From an uncultured Oscillibacter sp. (GTDB lineage Bacteria > Bacillota > Clostridia > Oscillospirales > Oscillospiraceae), in NCBI GenBank assembly GCA_910583695.1, contig CAJTZL010000003.1, positions 12,937 to 76,936 on the forward strand: a DNA stretch of 64,000 nucleotides, written 5' to 3'. Under the pieces are notes generated by a model. It did no database searches. It was given only the letters and a program-made list of their open reading frames with translations, and was not told the origin of the DNA. Below, piece by piece: positions 10,310 to 19,766 of this stretch (position 1 is the stretch's first letter; each line of letters starts with the position of its first letter). The position numbers were made by a program, and so were the translations under genes.

Positions 10310-11128
10310 TTACTCCAGGTTCAGGTGCTTTTTCAAGAAGAACGTGGTGACGGCGTAAAAAATCGCGCCGTAGACGATCACGCACCCAATGGCCATCAGC
10401 AGTCCCACATGGATGGCCACGGTGGGCGAGGGATCCCAGTGGGAGAAGAAATGATCGAACAGGTTCAGCTTGTTCGAGCCGATTACCAGCAGGGAGCCCG
10501 CAAACTGCAGGGCAAACTGGAAGCCGAAGAACCAGCCCACGGACCAGAGCAGCTTGTGGTTCGCCCGGCTGTGCCCCGCCGCCAGGGCGGCGTAGAACTG
10601 GAGGGAGAAGGCCACCAGGGACAAAAACATCAGGACGGCGAACTCCACCAGATAGATGGTGCCGTTAAAGGCCTCACTGATCTTCAGCTTTCGCAGTCCC
10701 TCCAGGAAATACCTGAGGAAGTCCAGAAATTCCCGCAGGAAGCCGCCCTGGTAGGCCACCACCAGACTGGCGGCGATGATGGCCAGCACCGTGGCGATGA
10801 ACCACACGGAGGAGACAATGAGCTTTGACCAGACGTGCTGGTGGACAGAGGCCGGGAGGGTGAACATCAGATAGCCCTCATCCTGGAGGAGGTTCTTGTA
10901 AAACCGCTGAATCATCAGCACAAAGGACATCAGCAGCGCGCCGCAGATGGCGATGCCGAAGGCCATGACAATCAGGACGCCCAGGGTATTTAAAATGTCG
11001 AACCGGCCGTCCAGCATCACGCGGCCCGCCAGGTTGGAGCCCAGGGCCGTCACCAGCAGAATCAGATACATGGGCAGCATGACGCGCCCCGTGGCACGGA
11101 ACTCGTGCTTCAACAGTTTTCTCAGCAT
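10310..11128 (-). CDS. ABC transporter permease
   Basis: LLKHEFR start, EGYLMFTLP, six TMs; overlaps the ATPase gene. Confidence 0.85.
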   Translation of the reverse strand: MLRKLLKHEFRATGRVMLPMYLILLVTALGSNLAGRVMLDGRFDILNTLGVLIVMAFGIAICGALLMSFVLMIQRFYKNLLQDEGYLMFTLPASVHQHVWSKLIVSSVWFIATVLAIIAASLVVAYQGGFLREFLDFLRYFLEGLRKLKISEAFNGTIYLVEFAVLMFLSLVAFSLQFYAALAAGHSRANHKLLWSVGWFFGFQFALQFAGSLLVIGSNKLNLFDHFFSHWDPSPTVAIHVGLLMAIGCVIVYGAIFYAVTTFFLKKHLNLE

Positions 11129-11817
11129 TTGAACACCTCCCGGAACAGCGCATCCACGCTCATGCCCTTCTCCTCTCGGATGTCGTCCACGGTGGACTGG
11201 AACATCATGCGGCCCTGGCTGATAAAGATCACCTCATCCAGCACCTTCTCCACGTCGGCGATCAGGTGGGTGGAAATCACCACCGCCGCCTCGGGGTTGT
11301 AGTTGCCGATGATGGTGGAGAGAATATAGTCCCGGGTGGCGGGGTCCACGCCGCCGATGGGCTCATCTAAAAGATAGAGCTTCGCCGCCCGACTCATGAC
11401 CATGATGAGCTGCACCTTTTCCCGGGTGCCCTTGGACATCTGCTTCACGGCTTGCCGGGGCTGGATGCCCAGGTGGTCCAGCATCTCCTCCGCCGCCTCC
11501 CGTCGGAAGTCCTGGTAAAAGTCCCCGTAGAAGTCCAACAGCTGCCGGGCGGTCATCCAGGTGGGAATGGCCGTCCGCTCCGGGAGATAGCTCACCAGAC
11601 TGTGGCTCTCCCGCCCCGGCGCCGTGCCGCAGACGGCGATGTAACCTCCGTCGGGGGTCAGCAGGCCGTTGGCCAATTTGATCAGGGTGGTCTTGCCGCT
11701 GCCGTTGGGGCCCAGAAGGCCCACAATGCGGCCCGGCTCAATGGCGAGGCTCACCTCGTCCAGGGCCGTGGTCCTTCCGAACCGCTTGGTCAGGCCCTTG
11801 CACTCAAGCACTGGCAT
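11122..11817 (-). CDS. ABC transporter ATP-binding protein (YtrB-like)
   Basis: GPNGSGKTT, MSKG signature, LLDEP, ISTH. Confidence 0.93.
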   Translation of the reverse strand: MPVLECKGLTKRFGRTTALDEVSLAIEPGRIVGLLGPNGSGKTTLIKLANGLLTPDGGYIAVCGTAPGRESHSLVSYLPERTAIPTWMTARQLLDFYGDFYQDFRREAAEEMLDHLGIQPRQAVKQMSKGTREKVQLIMVMSRAAKLYLLDEPIGGVDPATRDYILSTIIGNYNPEAAVVISTHLIADVEKVLDEVIFISQGRMMFQSTVDDIREEKGMSVDALFREVFKC

Positions 11818-12190
11818 GGTTTGCTTCCTCCTCTCCCAATTCCTGCGTAATCAGGCTGATGATCTCCCCCTTTTGGAACCCCAGCTGGAGCATGGCCTCC
11901 AGAAAGATCTTCACATGCCGCTGAGCAAGGCTCCGTTTCGCCGTGTTGATCATGGTATTATCCTCCGTCACAAATCTTCCAGCGGTCCGCTGGCTGTACA
12001 CCAGTCCGTCCCGCTCCAGCTCCGCCAAAGCCCTCTGCATGGTGTTGGGGTTCACCCCGGCCTCCGTGGCCAGATCCCGCACCGAGGGCAATCGCTCCCC
12101 AGGGGGGAACGCGCCGGTGACGATGCCCACCTTTACCTGCTGAATCAGCTGGGTATAGATCGGGGCGTCGTTGGAAAACTGCCATTGCAT
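11804..12190 (-). CDS. GntR family regulator, YtrA subfamily
   Basis: PIYTQL, LPSVRDLA, VNPNTMQRA; short C-terminus; heads an ABC operon. Confidence 0.92.
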   Translation of the reverse strand: MQWQFSNDAPIYTQLIQQVKVGIVTGAFPPGERLPSVRDLATEAGVNPNTMQRALAELERDGLVYSQRTAGRFVTEDNTMINTAKRSLAQRHVKIFLEAMLQLGFQKGEIISLITQELGEEEANHASA

Positions 12191-12217
12191 CGTGTGCACC
12201 TCCTGCTTTTGTTCTGT

Positions 12218-12262
12218 TGTCTTATGTAACTAATACAATAGCACGTTTTTCCGAAAAGTCAA
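12218..12262 (-). promoter_or_regulatory. sigma-A promoter overlapped by a YtrA-type operator
   Basis: Minus strand TTGACT-16-TATTGT with TG extension; imperfect palindrome TGTATTA-N6-TAAGACA at 12218-12237. Confidence 0.65.
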
Positions 12263-12464
12263 GAGGCTTTTGAAAAAAATTTTCCTCCGGCTCCTGCTTT
12301 GTCCCGTGCCTGACGCAGCAGGGGGGCGGCTGCGCCCCCATTGGCCGCTCCCCCTGCACGCCCTTGCAAATTTTATCCGTCCATGTTATCATTACTGCCA
12401 GGACAGCACAGCATTTCCCACCGTTTTCCTCTCCGGAATACGGACACTGCAAAAGGAGGTCCCC

Positions 12465-13352
12465 ATGTCCAAACTCAGCAAGCAGGCGCAAAAGCGCGAA
12501 AAACAGAGAGAAAAGAAGAACTTCCGGCAAGCCATGGAAAAGGAACTGCGGGAGCACAAGAGCTCCTTCCTCGTCTTTTACACCCTGCGGCTCCTGGTCA
12601 TCGTCATCTTCGTCCGCCAGATCATCATCGGCGGCTATGAGAGCGCCTTCTACTGCGCCCTGGCTTATCTGCTCCTCTACGTTCCCAGCTGGATTCAGGT
12701 GAAGTTCCACATTGAGCTGCCCCCCGCCCTGGAGATCACCGTCCTCTGCTTCATCTACGCGGCGGAGGTCCTGGGGGAGGTCAACGCCTTTTATGTGGTG
12801 GTCCCCCACTGGGACACCATGCTCCACACCCTCAACGGCTTCCTGGCGGCGGCGGTGGGCTTCGCCATGGTGGTGCTCCTCAACGACGACGAGCGCCTCA
12901 CCTTCGACCTCTCCCCCGTCTTCCTGGCCCTGGTGGCCTTCTGCTTCTCCATGACCATCGGCGTCCTCTGGGAGTTCTTCGAGTTCGGCATGGATATGTT
13001 CTTCCACACCGACATGCAGCGAGATACCGTGGTCAACGCCATCTACTCCGCCAGCCTGGACGTCACCCGGTCCAACAAGGTGGTGGCCGTGCCGGGCATT
13101 CAGGAGGTCCTGGTCAACGGCGAGAGCCTGGGGCTGGGCGGGTATCTGGACATCGGCCTCATCGACACCATGAAGGACCTCTTCGTAAACTTCATCGGCG
13201 CGGTGGTCTTTTCCTTCACCGGCTTCTTCTACGCCAAGAGCAAGGGCAGAAAGCGCACCGCGGCCCAGGGCTTTGTTCCCAGCCGGAAGACGGCGGACCG
13301 GGACTACCTCAATCAGGCCCGGGAGGAAAACGGGGATAAGCCGGAGCCCTGA
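12465..13352 (+). CDS. integral membrane protein
   Basis: RBS AAGGAGG; WDTMLH, GVLWEFFEF and GLIDTMKDL motifs; several TMs. Confidence 0.8.
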   Translation: MSKLSKQAQKREKQREKKNFRQAMEKELREHKSSFLVFYTLRLLVIVIFVRQIIIGGYESAFYCALAYLLLYVPSWIQVKFHIELPPALEITVLCFIYAAEVLGEVNAFYVVVPHWDTMLHTLNGFLAAAVGFAMVVLLNDDERLTFDLSPVFLALVAFCFSMTIGVLWEFFEFGMDMFFHTDMQRDTVVNAIYSASLDVTRSNKVVAVPGIQEVLVNGESLGLGGYLDIGLIDTMKDLFVNFIGAVVFSFTGFFYAKSKGRKRTAAQGFVPSRKTADRDYLNQAREENGDKPEP

Positions 13353-13444
13353 CCGGAACTGTTAAATTTTTGTAACCGGGTTGCTTTTTGGAAATTCGGT
13401 GATATGATTACCTTGAATAAATTGAAAGCAAAGGACTTGATACC

Positions 13445-14611
13445 ATGACGAAAATCGACATTATCTCCGGCTTCCTGGGGGCGGGAAAAACCACCCTCAT
13501 CAAGAAGCTGCTGGCCGAGGCCTACCAGGGGGAGAAGCTGGTCCTCATTGAAAACGAGTTTGGCGAAATCAGCATTGACGGCGGCTTCCTCAAGGACTCC
13601 GGCGTTCAGATTTCCGAAATGTCCTCCGGCTGCATCTGCTGTTCCCTGGTGGGGGACTTTAACCAGGCCCTCAAGGACGTGGCGGAGCGGTTCCAGCCGG
13701 ACCGCATTCTCATCGAGCCCTCCGGCGTGGGCAAGCTCTCCGATGTCATCGTGGCGGTGGAGAACACCGCCCAGGAGGCCCCGGAGCTGAAGCTCAACAG
13801 CTTTGTCACTGTGGCGGACGCCTCCAAGGTGAAGGTTTACATGAAAAACTTCGGCGAGTTCTACAACAACCAGATTGAATCCGCCGGGACCATCGTCCTC
13901 TCCCGGACCCAGAAGCTGAGCCGGGAGAAGCTGGAGGCGGCGGCGGCCATGCTCCGGGAGAAGAACCCGGACGCCGCCATCCTCACCACCCCCTGGGACC
14001 AGCTGGACGGCAGAACCATCCTCTCCGCCATTGAGAAGGTCTCCCTGGCGGAGGAGCTGCTGGCAAAAATGCGGGCGGAGCACGAGGCCGAGGAGGCGGA
14101 GCACGCCCACCATCACCACGGAGAGCACGAGGGTCACGAGCACCACCATGGGGACCACGAGGAGCACGCTCACGGGGACCACGAGGCACACGCCTGCCAT
14201 GACCACGAGGGCCATGGGCACCACCACGACCACCCGGAAGCAGACCATGGGCACCACCACCACGGGGAGCACCCTCACGACCACGGGCGCGAGTGCAGTG
14301 ACCCCGGCTGCTCCTGCCACCACCATCACCACCACGCCGACGAGGTCTTCGCCTCCTGGGGCAGGGAGACTCCCAAGGCCTTCACCCGGGCGGGCATCGA
14401 AAGCATTCTCTCCGCCCTGGACTCCGGCGGGTACGGTGCGATTCTCCGGGCCAAGGGCATCGTGAACGGCGAGGACGGGACCTGGATTGAGTTCGACTAC
14501 GTGCCCGAGGAGCACGAGGTTCGCGCCGGGAGCCCCGACTACACCGGCCGCCTCTGCGTCATCGGCGCGGAGCTGAAGGAAGACAGGCTGGCGGAGCTCT
14601 TTGGCCTGTAA
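13445..14611 (+). CDS. COG0523/CobW family metal-chaperone GTPase with His-rich insert
   Basis: GFLGAGKTT, ENEFGE, GCICC, EPSG, CobW_C region LRAKG; about 80 aa His/Glu/Asp tract. Confidence 0.92.
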   Translation: MTKIDIISGFLGAGKTTLIKKLLAEAYQGEKLVLIENEFGEISIDGGFLKDSGVQISEMSSGCICCSLVGDFNQALKDVAERFQPDRILIEPSGVGKLSDVIVAVENTAQEAPELKLNSFVTVADASKVKVYMKNFGEFYNNQIESAGTIVLSRTQKLSREKLEAAAAMLREKNPDAAILTTPWDQLDGRTILSAIEKVSLAEELLAKMRAEHEAEEAEHAHHHHGEHEGHEHHHGDHEEHAHGDHEAHACHDHEGHGHHHDHPEADHGHHHHGEHPHDHGRECSDPGCSCHHHHHHADEVFASWGRETPKAFTRAGIESILSALDSGGYGAILRAKGIVNGEDGTWIEFDYVPEEHEVRAGSPDYTGRLCVIGAELKEDRLAELFGL

Positions 14612-14636
14612 GCCAGGAAAGGAAACGCACTTTACA

Positions 14637-15566
14637 ATGGACATTCCCGTTTATCTGGTGGCCGGATTCCTGGACTCCGGCAAAACCAATTTCATCAACG
14701 GCGTTCTGGAAGACGGCTTCGCCCGCCGGGAGAAAACCCTTCTCCTCCGCTGTGAGGAGGGGGAGGAGGAATACAACCCCCAGGCCCTGGACAACGTCAC
14801 CGTTGTGGACATTGGGGACGAGGCGGAGCTGACCTGCTCCCGGATGAAGGAGCTGGAGAAGAAGCACCGGCCCAAGCAGGTCCTTATCGAATACAACGGT
14901 ATGTGGCAGATGGAGCGCTTATACCGGGAGGTCCTTCCCGCCAACTGGGTGCTCTACCAGATCATGACCTTTGTGGAGGCGGGGACCTTCGAGCTCTACG
15001 CCAAAAACATGGGCCAGCTGATGATGGAGAAAATCACCAACGCGGACCTGCTGGTTTTCAACCGGGCCACGCCGGAGCTCCGGGAGGCCCTGCGGAAGCG
15101 GAACCTCCGGATGGTGAACCGCCGGGCGGACATCTACTTTGAGAACGTGGACGGCACCAGCGAGGATTACCTCACCGGAGACGAGTGCCCCTTTGACCTG
15201 GACCAGCCGGTGGTGGACATTCCCGACGACGATTTCGGCGTATGGTACGTGGACGTGATGGACCACCCGGACCGCTGGGCGGGGAAGGAGGTCCACATGA
15301 AGCTCCTCATGTGCCACTCCAAGAAGTACCCCGGCATCCACTGCCCGGGCCGCTTCGCCATGGTCTGCTGCGAGAACGACATCCAGTTCCTGGGGCTTGT
15401 GGCAAAGGGTATGGGCCTGAGGGACTACAAGAACCGGGACTGGGTGGAGGTCACCGCCCGCATGGCGGTGGAGAACCACGACGCCTACCAGGGCAAGGGC
15501 CCGGTGATGCACGTGCTGTCCATCGCCCCCTGCGCCAAGCCTGCCCAAGACGTGGTGACTTTCTGA
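14637..15566 (+). CDS. CobW-like GTPase with TIGR03943-type C-terminal domain
   Basis: AGFLDSGKT, CEEGEEEY, IEYNGMW, GRFAMVCCENDI. Confidence 0.8.
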   Translation: MDIPVYLVAGFLDSGKTNFINGVLEDGFARREKTLLLRCEEGEEEYNPQALDNVTVVDIGDEAELTCSRMKELEKKHRPKQVLIEYNGMWQMERLYREVLPANWVLYQIMTFVEAGTFELYAKNMGQLMMEKITNADLLVFNRATPELREALRKRNLRMVNRRADIYFENVDGTSEDYLTGDECPFDLDQPVVDIPDDDFGVWYVDVMDHPDRWAGKEVHMKLLMCHSKKYPGIHCPGRFAMVCCENDIQFLGLVAKGMGLRDYKNRDWVEVTARMAVENHDAYQGKGPVMHVLSIAPCAKPAQDVVTF

Positions 15567-15592
15567 TACGGCTTGTAATACGCTGAAAAAAA

Positions 15593-15620
15593 CTCCCCTC
15601 CGTTGTGGTATGGAGGGGAG
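15593..15620. terminator. bidirectional terminator
   Basis: CTCCCCTCC-loop-GGAGGGGAG between convergent genes, A-tract on the left. Confidence 0.75.
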
Positions 15621-15634
15621 CTTCTTATTTCTTG

Positions 15635-16537
15635 TCAACCAAAATCGTCCCATATCCAGTTCCCGGCGTCATCAAAAAGCGCGAGCTTGGGGCCTACGGG
15701 ATTATGGGGGTCCTCCAGGGTCATGACATAAATGTCCAGGATTCCGTGGCTGTTTGTTTCCTGATCAGCATAGGGTCCGCTTCTATGGATCGTGCCGCCG
15801 TCGGTCCAGGTATAACTCCATACCTCCTCCGGAAGCTCCGCACCGGAGGCCACCACCACGGCGTTTTCCGCATCCCCGAAGTTGTGTATCATGGCGCCCT
15901 TCATGCCCGTGTCCATCTGGCTCCGGCCGCCGATGGGGCGGCAGCGGTCCGGGAAGAGCTCGTCCCGCTGCCACACGCTCATGCACCACTCCCCGTCCTT
16001 GTCTGCGCAGAGGAGCGCCATGTAATCCCCCAGCTCCGCCCGCTTCCGAACCGCCAGGGTCTTGGGGTCGAACCGGGTGTTCCGGCCCTGGAAGTATTCC
16101 GCCGTCCCCTGGGCCAGGGCCTTGTCGTCCTCGAAGTGGACCGAGGAGGCGTAGTGGGCGTCCCGTTCCGCCTGCTCCTGCTTGGCCTGGACGGAGACGC
16201 TGACGCCCCAGATGGCCAGGGCCGTCACCGCCGCCATGGCCAGCCAAGCCAGCCACTTCCATTGCTTTTCCCGCTTCATGCTCTCCATAATCTGCCCTCC
16301 CGCCGCTTTCGGCAGCTCCGCTTCGGTCAGTTCCCTCCCGCTGAGCAGCTCGCTGACCGACAGGCCCAGCTCCTCCGACAAGGGCTCCAGCGTGTCCAGG
16401 CCGGGCATGCCCCGCCCGGTCTCCCAGCGGCTGACGGCCTTGTCCGTCACGTGGAGCCGCTCTGCCAGTTCCGCCTGGCTGAGGGCCAGCTCCTTCCTCC
16501 GCCGGGCGATCAGTCCGCCGGTGGCCTTTGTGTCCAT
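15635..16537 (-). CDS. XRE-family HTH protein with TM helix and extracytoplasmic domain
   Basis: LSQAELAERLHVTDKAVSRWETGRGMP, then a TM segment; RBS AAGGAG. Confidence 0.82.
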   Translation of the reverse strand: MDTKATGGLIARRRKELALSQAELAERLHVTDKAVSRWETGRGMPGLDTLEPLSEELGLSVSELLSGRELTEAELPKAAGGQIMESMKREKQWKWLAWLAMAAVTALAIWGVSVSVQAKQEQAERDAHYASSVHFEDDKALAQGTAEYFQGRNTRFDPKTLAVRKRAELGDYMALLCADKDGEWCMSVWQRDELFPDRCRPIGGRSQMDTGMKGAMIHNFGDAENAVVVASGAELPEEVWSYTWTDGGTIHRSGPYADQETNSHGILDIYVMTLEDPHNPVGPKLALFDDAGNWIWDDFG

Positions 16538-16681
16538 GGTCATCAACTCCTTTGGCAGCAGTATGCCACGGCGGATGGAAAATGTCACCCTATGATTCGT
16601 AGAGTGACGGAAGAATCGTCTTATAGAGGCAAAATAGAGGGGGCGGCAGAGTTTGACGCCTGCCGGGCGCCGCATATATGA

Positions 16682-16718
16682 ACCGGCGGACGGGCCTCTG
16701 CAAAGCCCGTCCGCCGGT
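16682..16718 (-). terminator. GC-rich hairpin
   Basis: ACCGGCGGACGGGC-loop-GCCCGTCCGCCGGT. Confidence 0.65.
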
Positions 16719-16723
16719 ATGCT

Positions 16724-17374
16724 TCAGCGTTTTCGGTTTCCCATCCGCCAGAGAACCACCGCAAGCACGGCCCCGGCGATCATCACCAGCAGGCCGGCCA
16801 AGATGATGAGATTGGCAAGGCTCAGCGCGAAGCCGCCCACGCCCTCCAGCGGCGAAGTGGCGGCCCCCAGCTGTTCCAGAACCTCCTCCTCCAGTCCCGG
16901 CGGGCCATGGTAAACGATTCCGCCGCCAAAGCCGCCCATAAGCTGCCCCGCTCCGCCAAGCACAGATTGGAAGCCCCACCGGGCCAGCGCTCCCACAACG
17001 GTGATTCCCAGCCCGTACAGCGACACATATACCCCCGCAAGCCAGCCGAACCTCCGGACGAGCCTGCCCGCAAGCCCGCAGAGCCGTCCGGCCCGGTCCT
17101 CTGCCGGAGCGTCCGGCCGGATATGCGGCGGTTCCTCCTCGGAGGGGCCGCCCTGCTCCTGAGATGCGGCGGGAGCGCGCTCGCTGAGCAGCTCATCCGT
17201 AGTCACCCCAAAGACACGGGCCAGCGCCAGCAGCTTGTCGAGCTCCGGGACGGCGTCGGCCAGCTCCCATTTGCTTACCGCCTGACGGGATACCCCAACC
17301 TGGGCGGCCAGCTCCTCCTGGGACAGCTTTGCCGCCTTGCGGTAATATAGAATGTTTTCGTTCAGCTTCATCAA
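16724..17374 (-). CDS. XRE-family HTH protein with two TM helices
   Basis: LSQEELAAQVGVSRQAVSKWE; RBS AGGAGGT. Confidence 0.85.
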   Translation of the reverse strand: MMKLNENILYYRKAAKLSQEELAAQVGVSRQAVSKWELADAVPELDKLLALARVFGVTTDELLSERAPAASQEQGGPSEEEPPHIRPDAPAEDRAGRLCGLAGRLVRRFGWLAGVYVSLYGLGITVVGALARWGFQSVLGGAGQLMGGFGGGIVYHGPPGLEEEVLEQLGAATSPLEGVGGFALSLANLIILAGLLVMIAGAVLAVVLWRMGNRKR

Positions 17375-17737
17375 AACCCACCTCCTGATTCATGGCCTGA
17401 TGATACCTCAAAAGGCGGTTGCGCGCAACCATCAGTGGCTGGAAAATGCCGCAACCGGCAGTTGCAAAAGCCCCTGAAGGCCCGTATGCCGCCGGAAAAG
17501 CGGGAGTATCTGCTGGGACCGACTGTCTGAAAACCGACGCCGCCGGGGCGGAGATACTGACGGGCCAGACGGACCGGGCGGGGGGACATCACCTTCACCG
17601 GGTATATCACCGAGCGGCAGCGGGCGGGAGTGAACGAGGCCTTGCTGTACTGCGCGGCCCCGGTTTCTTTTTGGCCGAAGCCTCCATAGCACACTTGAGA
17701 CACTGCACGGACATGGGGCGCCACGTCCGCTTTCGGG

Positions 17738-19534
17738 CTATTTTTTCATCAGCCGCCAGAGGGTCGTCCGGCTGATCCCCAGCCGTTTGGCGGCGGCGGT
17801 CTGATTGCCTCCGGTCTCCTCCAGCACCCGGAGGGCCACGTCCTGGTTGATCTCCTCCAGTGTCCGTCCCAGGTCCAGGGGCACGGCGGTGTTTTCCGCC
17901 CGGAGGGCGAAAGCCCCCACGTGCCGCTCCTTCCGGAGGAGCTGGCGGACGCTGTCGGCGGTGATGCTCTGGCCCGGCGCAGTGACCGCCAGATCCCCCA
18001 GGACCCGGCGGAACTGGGTGTAGTTATGGGGCCACTGGAAATTTTGCAGCAGGGACATAGCCTCCGGCTCCACGCTGAGAATCTGCCGGGGCAGGTCGGC
18101 GTTGAGGTAGCTCAGGGACAGGTTCACCAGATTGGGGATGCGCTCCGCCATCTGCCGCAGGGGCGGCAGGTACAGGGTGAGGCAGCATAGCTTGTCGGTG
18201 AACAGGGACCCCACGGCGGAGATAAACTCCCCCGGCTGGCAGACGCAGGAGAAAATCACCCGGTTCCGGCGGCAGACGTCCATCTCCGCCAGGACGGCCA
18301 GCAGCTGCTGCCGCCGCTCCGGAGAGAGAATGTCCACGCTGGCAAAATACAGGGTGCTTCCCTCGTCGGAGAGGGGGGAGTTGTGGTGTTCCAGCAGGAA
18401 GGTCCAGCTCTTGTCGTTGAGAAGGCTGCAATTGACGGACACCAGGGGATGGTTCCGCAAAACGCTGCGCATGTACAGGGCCCCCACCATGGACTCCTTC
18501 CCGGTGCCGTCCTCCCCGGAGACCATCACCGGGGCGCTGCTCTGGTTGATGCGGGCAATTTCCTCCTGAAAGTCGCCGATGGTTCCGGCAAAGCTGAAAA
18601 TGCTGTCATAAAAGGCACTCTCCGCCTCCGGCCGTGTGGCAAAGCGGATGCCCGCCTGGCTGGGAGAGAGGGGAGTCTTCCGGGCGTCCACAAAGAAGGC
18701 GGTGTAGTCCTGCCCGCCGGAGCTGAGCTGGCGGGCCCGGATGGAGTACAGCATACCCCCCAGGTTGCGGACAATCCGCCGCTCCAGATCCTTCCGGGAC
18801 TCCGACAGCTCCCGCCGCAGCAGCTCCAGCAGCTCCGGCACCGGGGCGTTCAGAGAGGACAGGAAGAGGCCGCCGGATTGGTCAAACACCACGGTCTGGC
18901 TGATTTGTCCCCGGATCAGCTCCCGGAGGAACAGGTTTTCCTCCCGCAGGCGCCGCTGGCTGCCGCAGATGAGCAGAGCCTGGTCGAAGGCCTTGCGGAT
19001 GCTCTCCACCGAGGACGTGACCAGAAAGGCGTTCATCCCCAGGCGCTTGGCGGTGGTGTTGGCCAGGGCGTCGCAGAGCACGGTCCGGCAGCTGTCCCGC
19101 TGGAGCTCCAGCAGGATGGGCTCCACCATGTCCGGGGAGTCGTAGGGGTAGACCTCCATGCCGTCCCCCATGACCTCGCACAGGCGCTGGGCGCTTTCGG
19201 CGATGCTGGGCGCGGCAATGAAGGCGGTGCGGCCGTCCAGGCCGTCGGCCAGCTTCAAGGCGCAGAGCAGATCGTACATTGTGACCTCAATCTCCACCAC
19301 CGGCAGGCTCAGGTCCCGGCGCAGCATGGCGGCGGTGTCGCCCCGGGAGATGACCACGTCGTAATTGCCATGGAAATTGGCCCGGGCAATCTCCAGCCCC
19401 AGCTCCCGGTCTCCCACAAACAGCGTCAGGTCCACCTGGGGATAGTCCTCCGCCAGATTGCCCATCAGAGTTCTCATCGCCTCATAGGGAGCAATGCCCA
19501 GTACGCGGATCGGTGTGTCCATAAGTCCCTCCAA
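17738..19534 (-). CDS. PrpR-like regulator (PrpR_N, degenerate AAA, Fis HTH)
   Basis: DVVISRG, GEDGTGKE, WPHNYTQ, AAKRLGISRTTLWR; no GAFTGA. Confidence 0.88.
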   Translation of the reverse strand: MEGLMDTPIRVLGIAPYEAMRTLMGNLAEDYPQVDLTLFVGDRELGLEIARANFHGNYDVVISRGDTAAMLRRDLSLPVVEIEVTMYDLLCALKLADGLDGRTAFIAAPSIAESAQRLCEVMGDGMEVYPYDSPDMVEPILLELQRDSCRTVLCDALANTTAKRLGMNAFLVTSSVESIRKAFDQALLICGSQRRLREENLFLRELIRGQISQTVVFDQSGGLFLSSLNAPVPELLELLRRELSESRKDLERRIVRNLGGMLYSIRARQLSSGGQDYTAFFVDARKTPLSPSQAGIRFATRPEAESAFYDSIFSFAGTIGDFQEEIARINQSSAPVMVSGEDGTGKESMVGALYMRSVLRNHPLVSVNCSLLNDKSWTFLLEHHNSPLSDEGSTLYFASVDILSPERRQQLLAVLAEMDVCRRNRVIFSCVCQPGEFISAVGSLFTDKLCCLTLYLPPLRQMAERIPNLVNLSLSYLNADLPRQILSVEPEAMSLLQNFQWPHNYTQFRRVLGDLAVTAPGQSITADSVRQLLRKERHVGAFALRAENTAVPLDLGRTLEEINQDVALRVLEETGGNQTAAAKRLGISRTTLWRLMKK

Positions 19535-19598
19535 ATGCGTTTAGAATTTGAACACATTATACCAAACGCACAAAAAGACTGCAAGTCTTTTTCAATAG

Positions 19599-19662
19599 GT
19601 TTCAAATTTAAACGAATTGAGAGCGGAAAAAGATTGCGCACCTTGGCAATTCTTTATAAAAT
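19599..19662 (+). promoter_or_regulatory. sigma-A promoter of the catabolic operon with upstream palindrome
   Basis: TTGCGC(19634)-17-TAAAAT(19657); GTTTCAAATTTAAAC near 19599, related site near 19736. Confidence 0.55.
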
Positions 19663-19766
19663 AAGCTCATAAGCCCAAAGGAACCCAGGGCGTTTTTGAG
19701 TAAAACGCCGGACGGGGAAGGAGAGTTAAATACTAGTTTCAAAAATGGACAACAGGAGGGCGCTCC

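Noticed and set aside
17400-17735. Short ORFs between the XRE gene and the PrpR-like gene
   Set aside because: No RBS or recognisable motif; possibly a gene remnant but unsupported.
19643-19658. sigma54 promoter at TTGGCA
   Set aside because: No TTGC at -12; a sigma-A spacing fits better and the regulator lacks GAFTGA.
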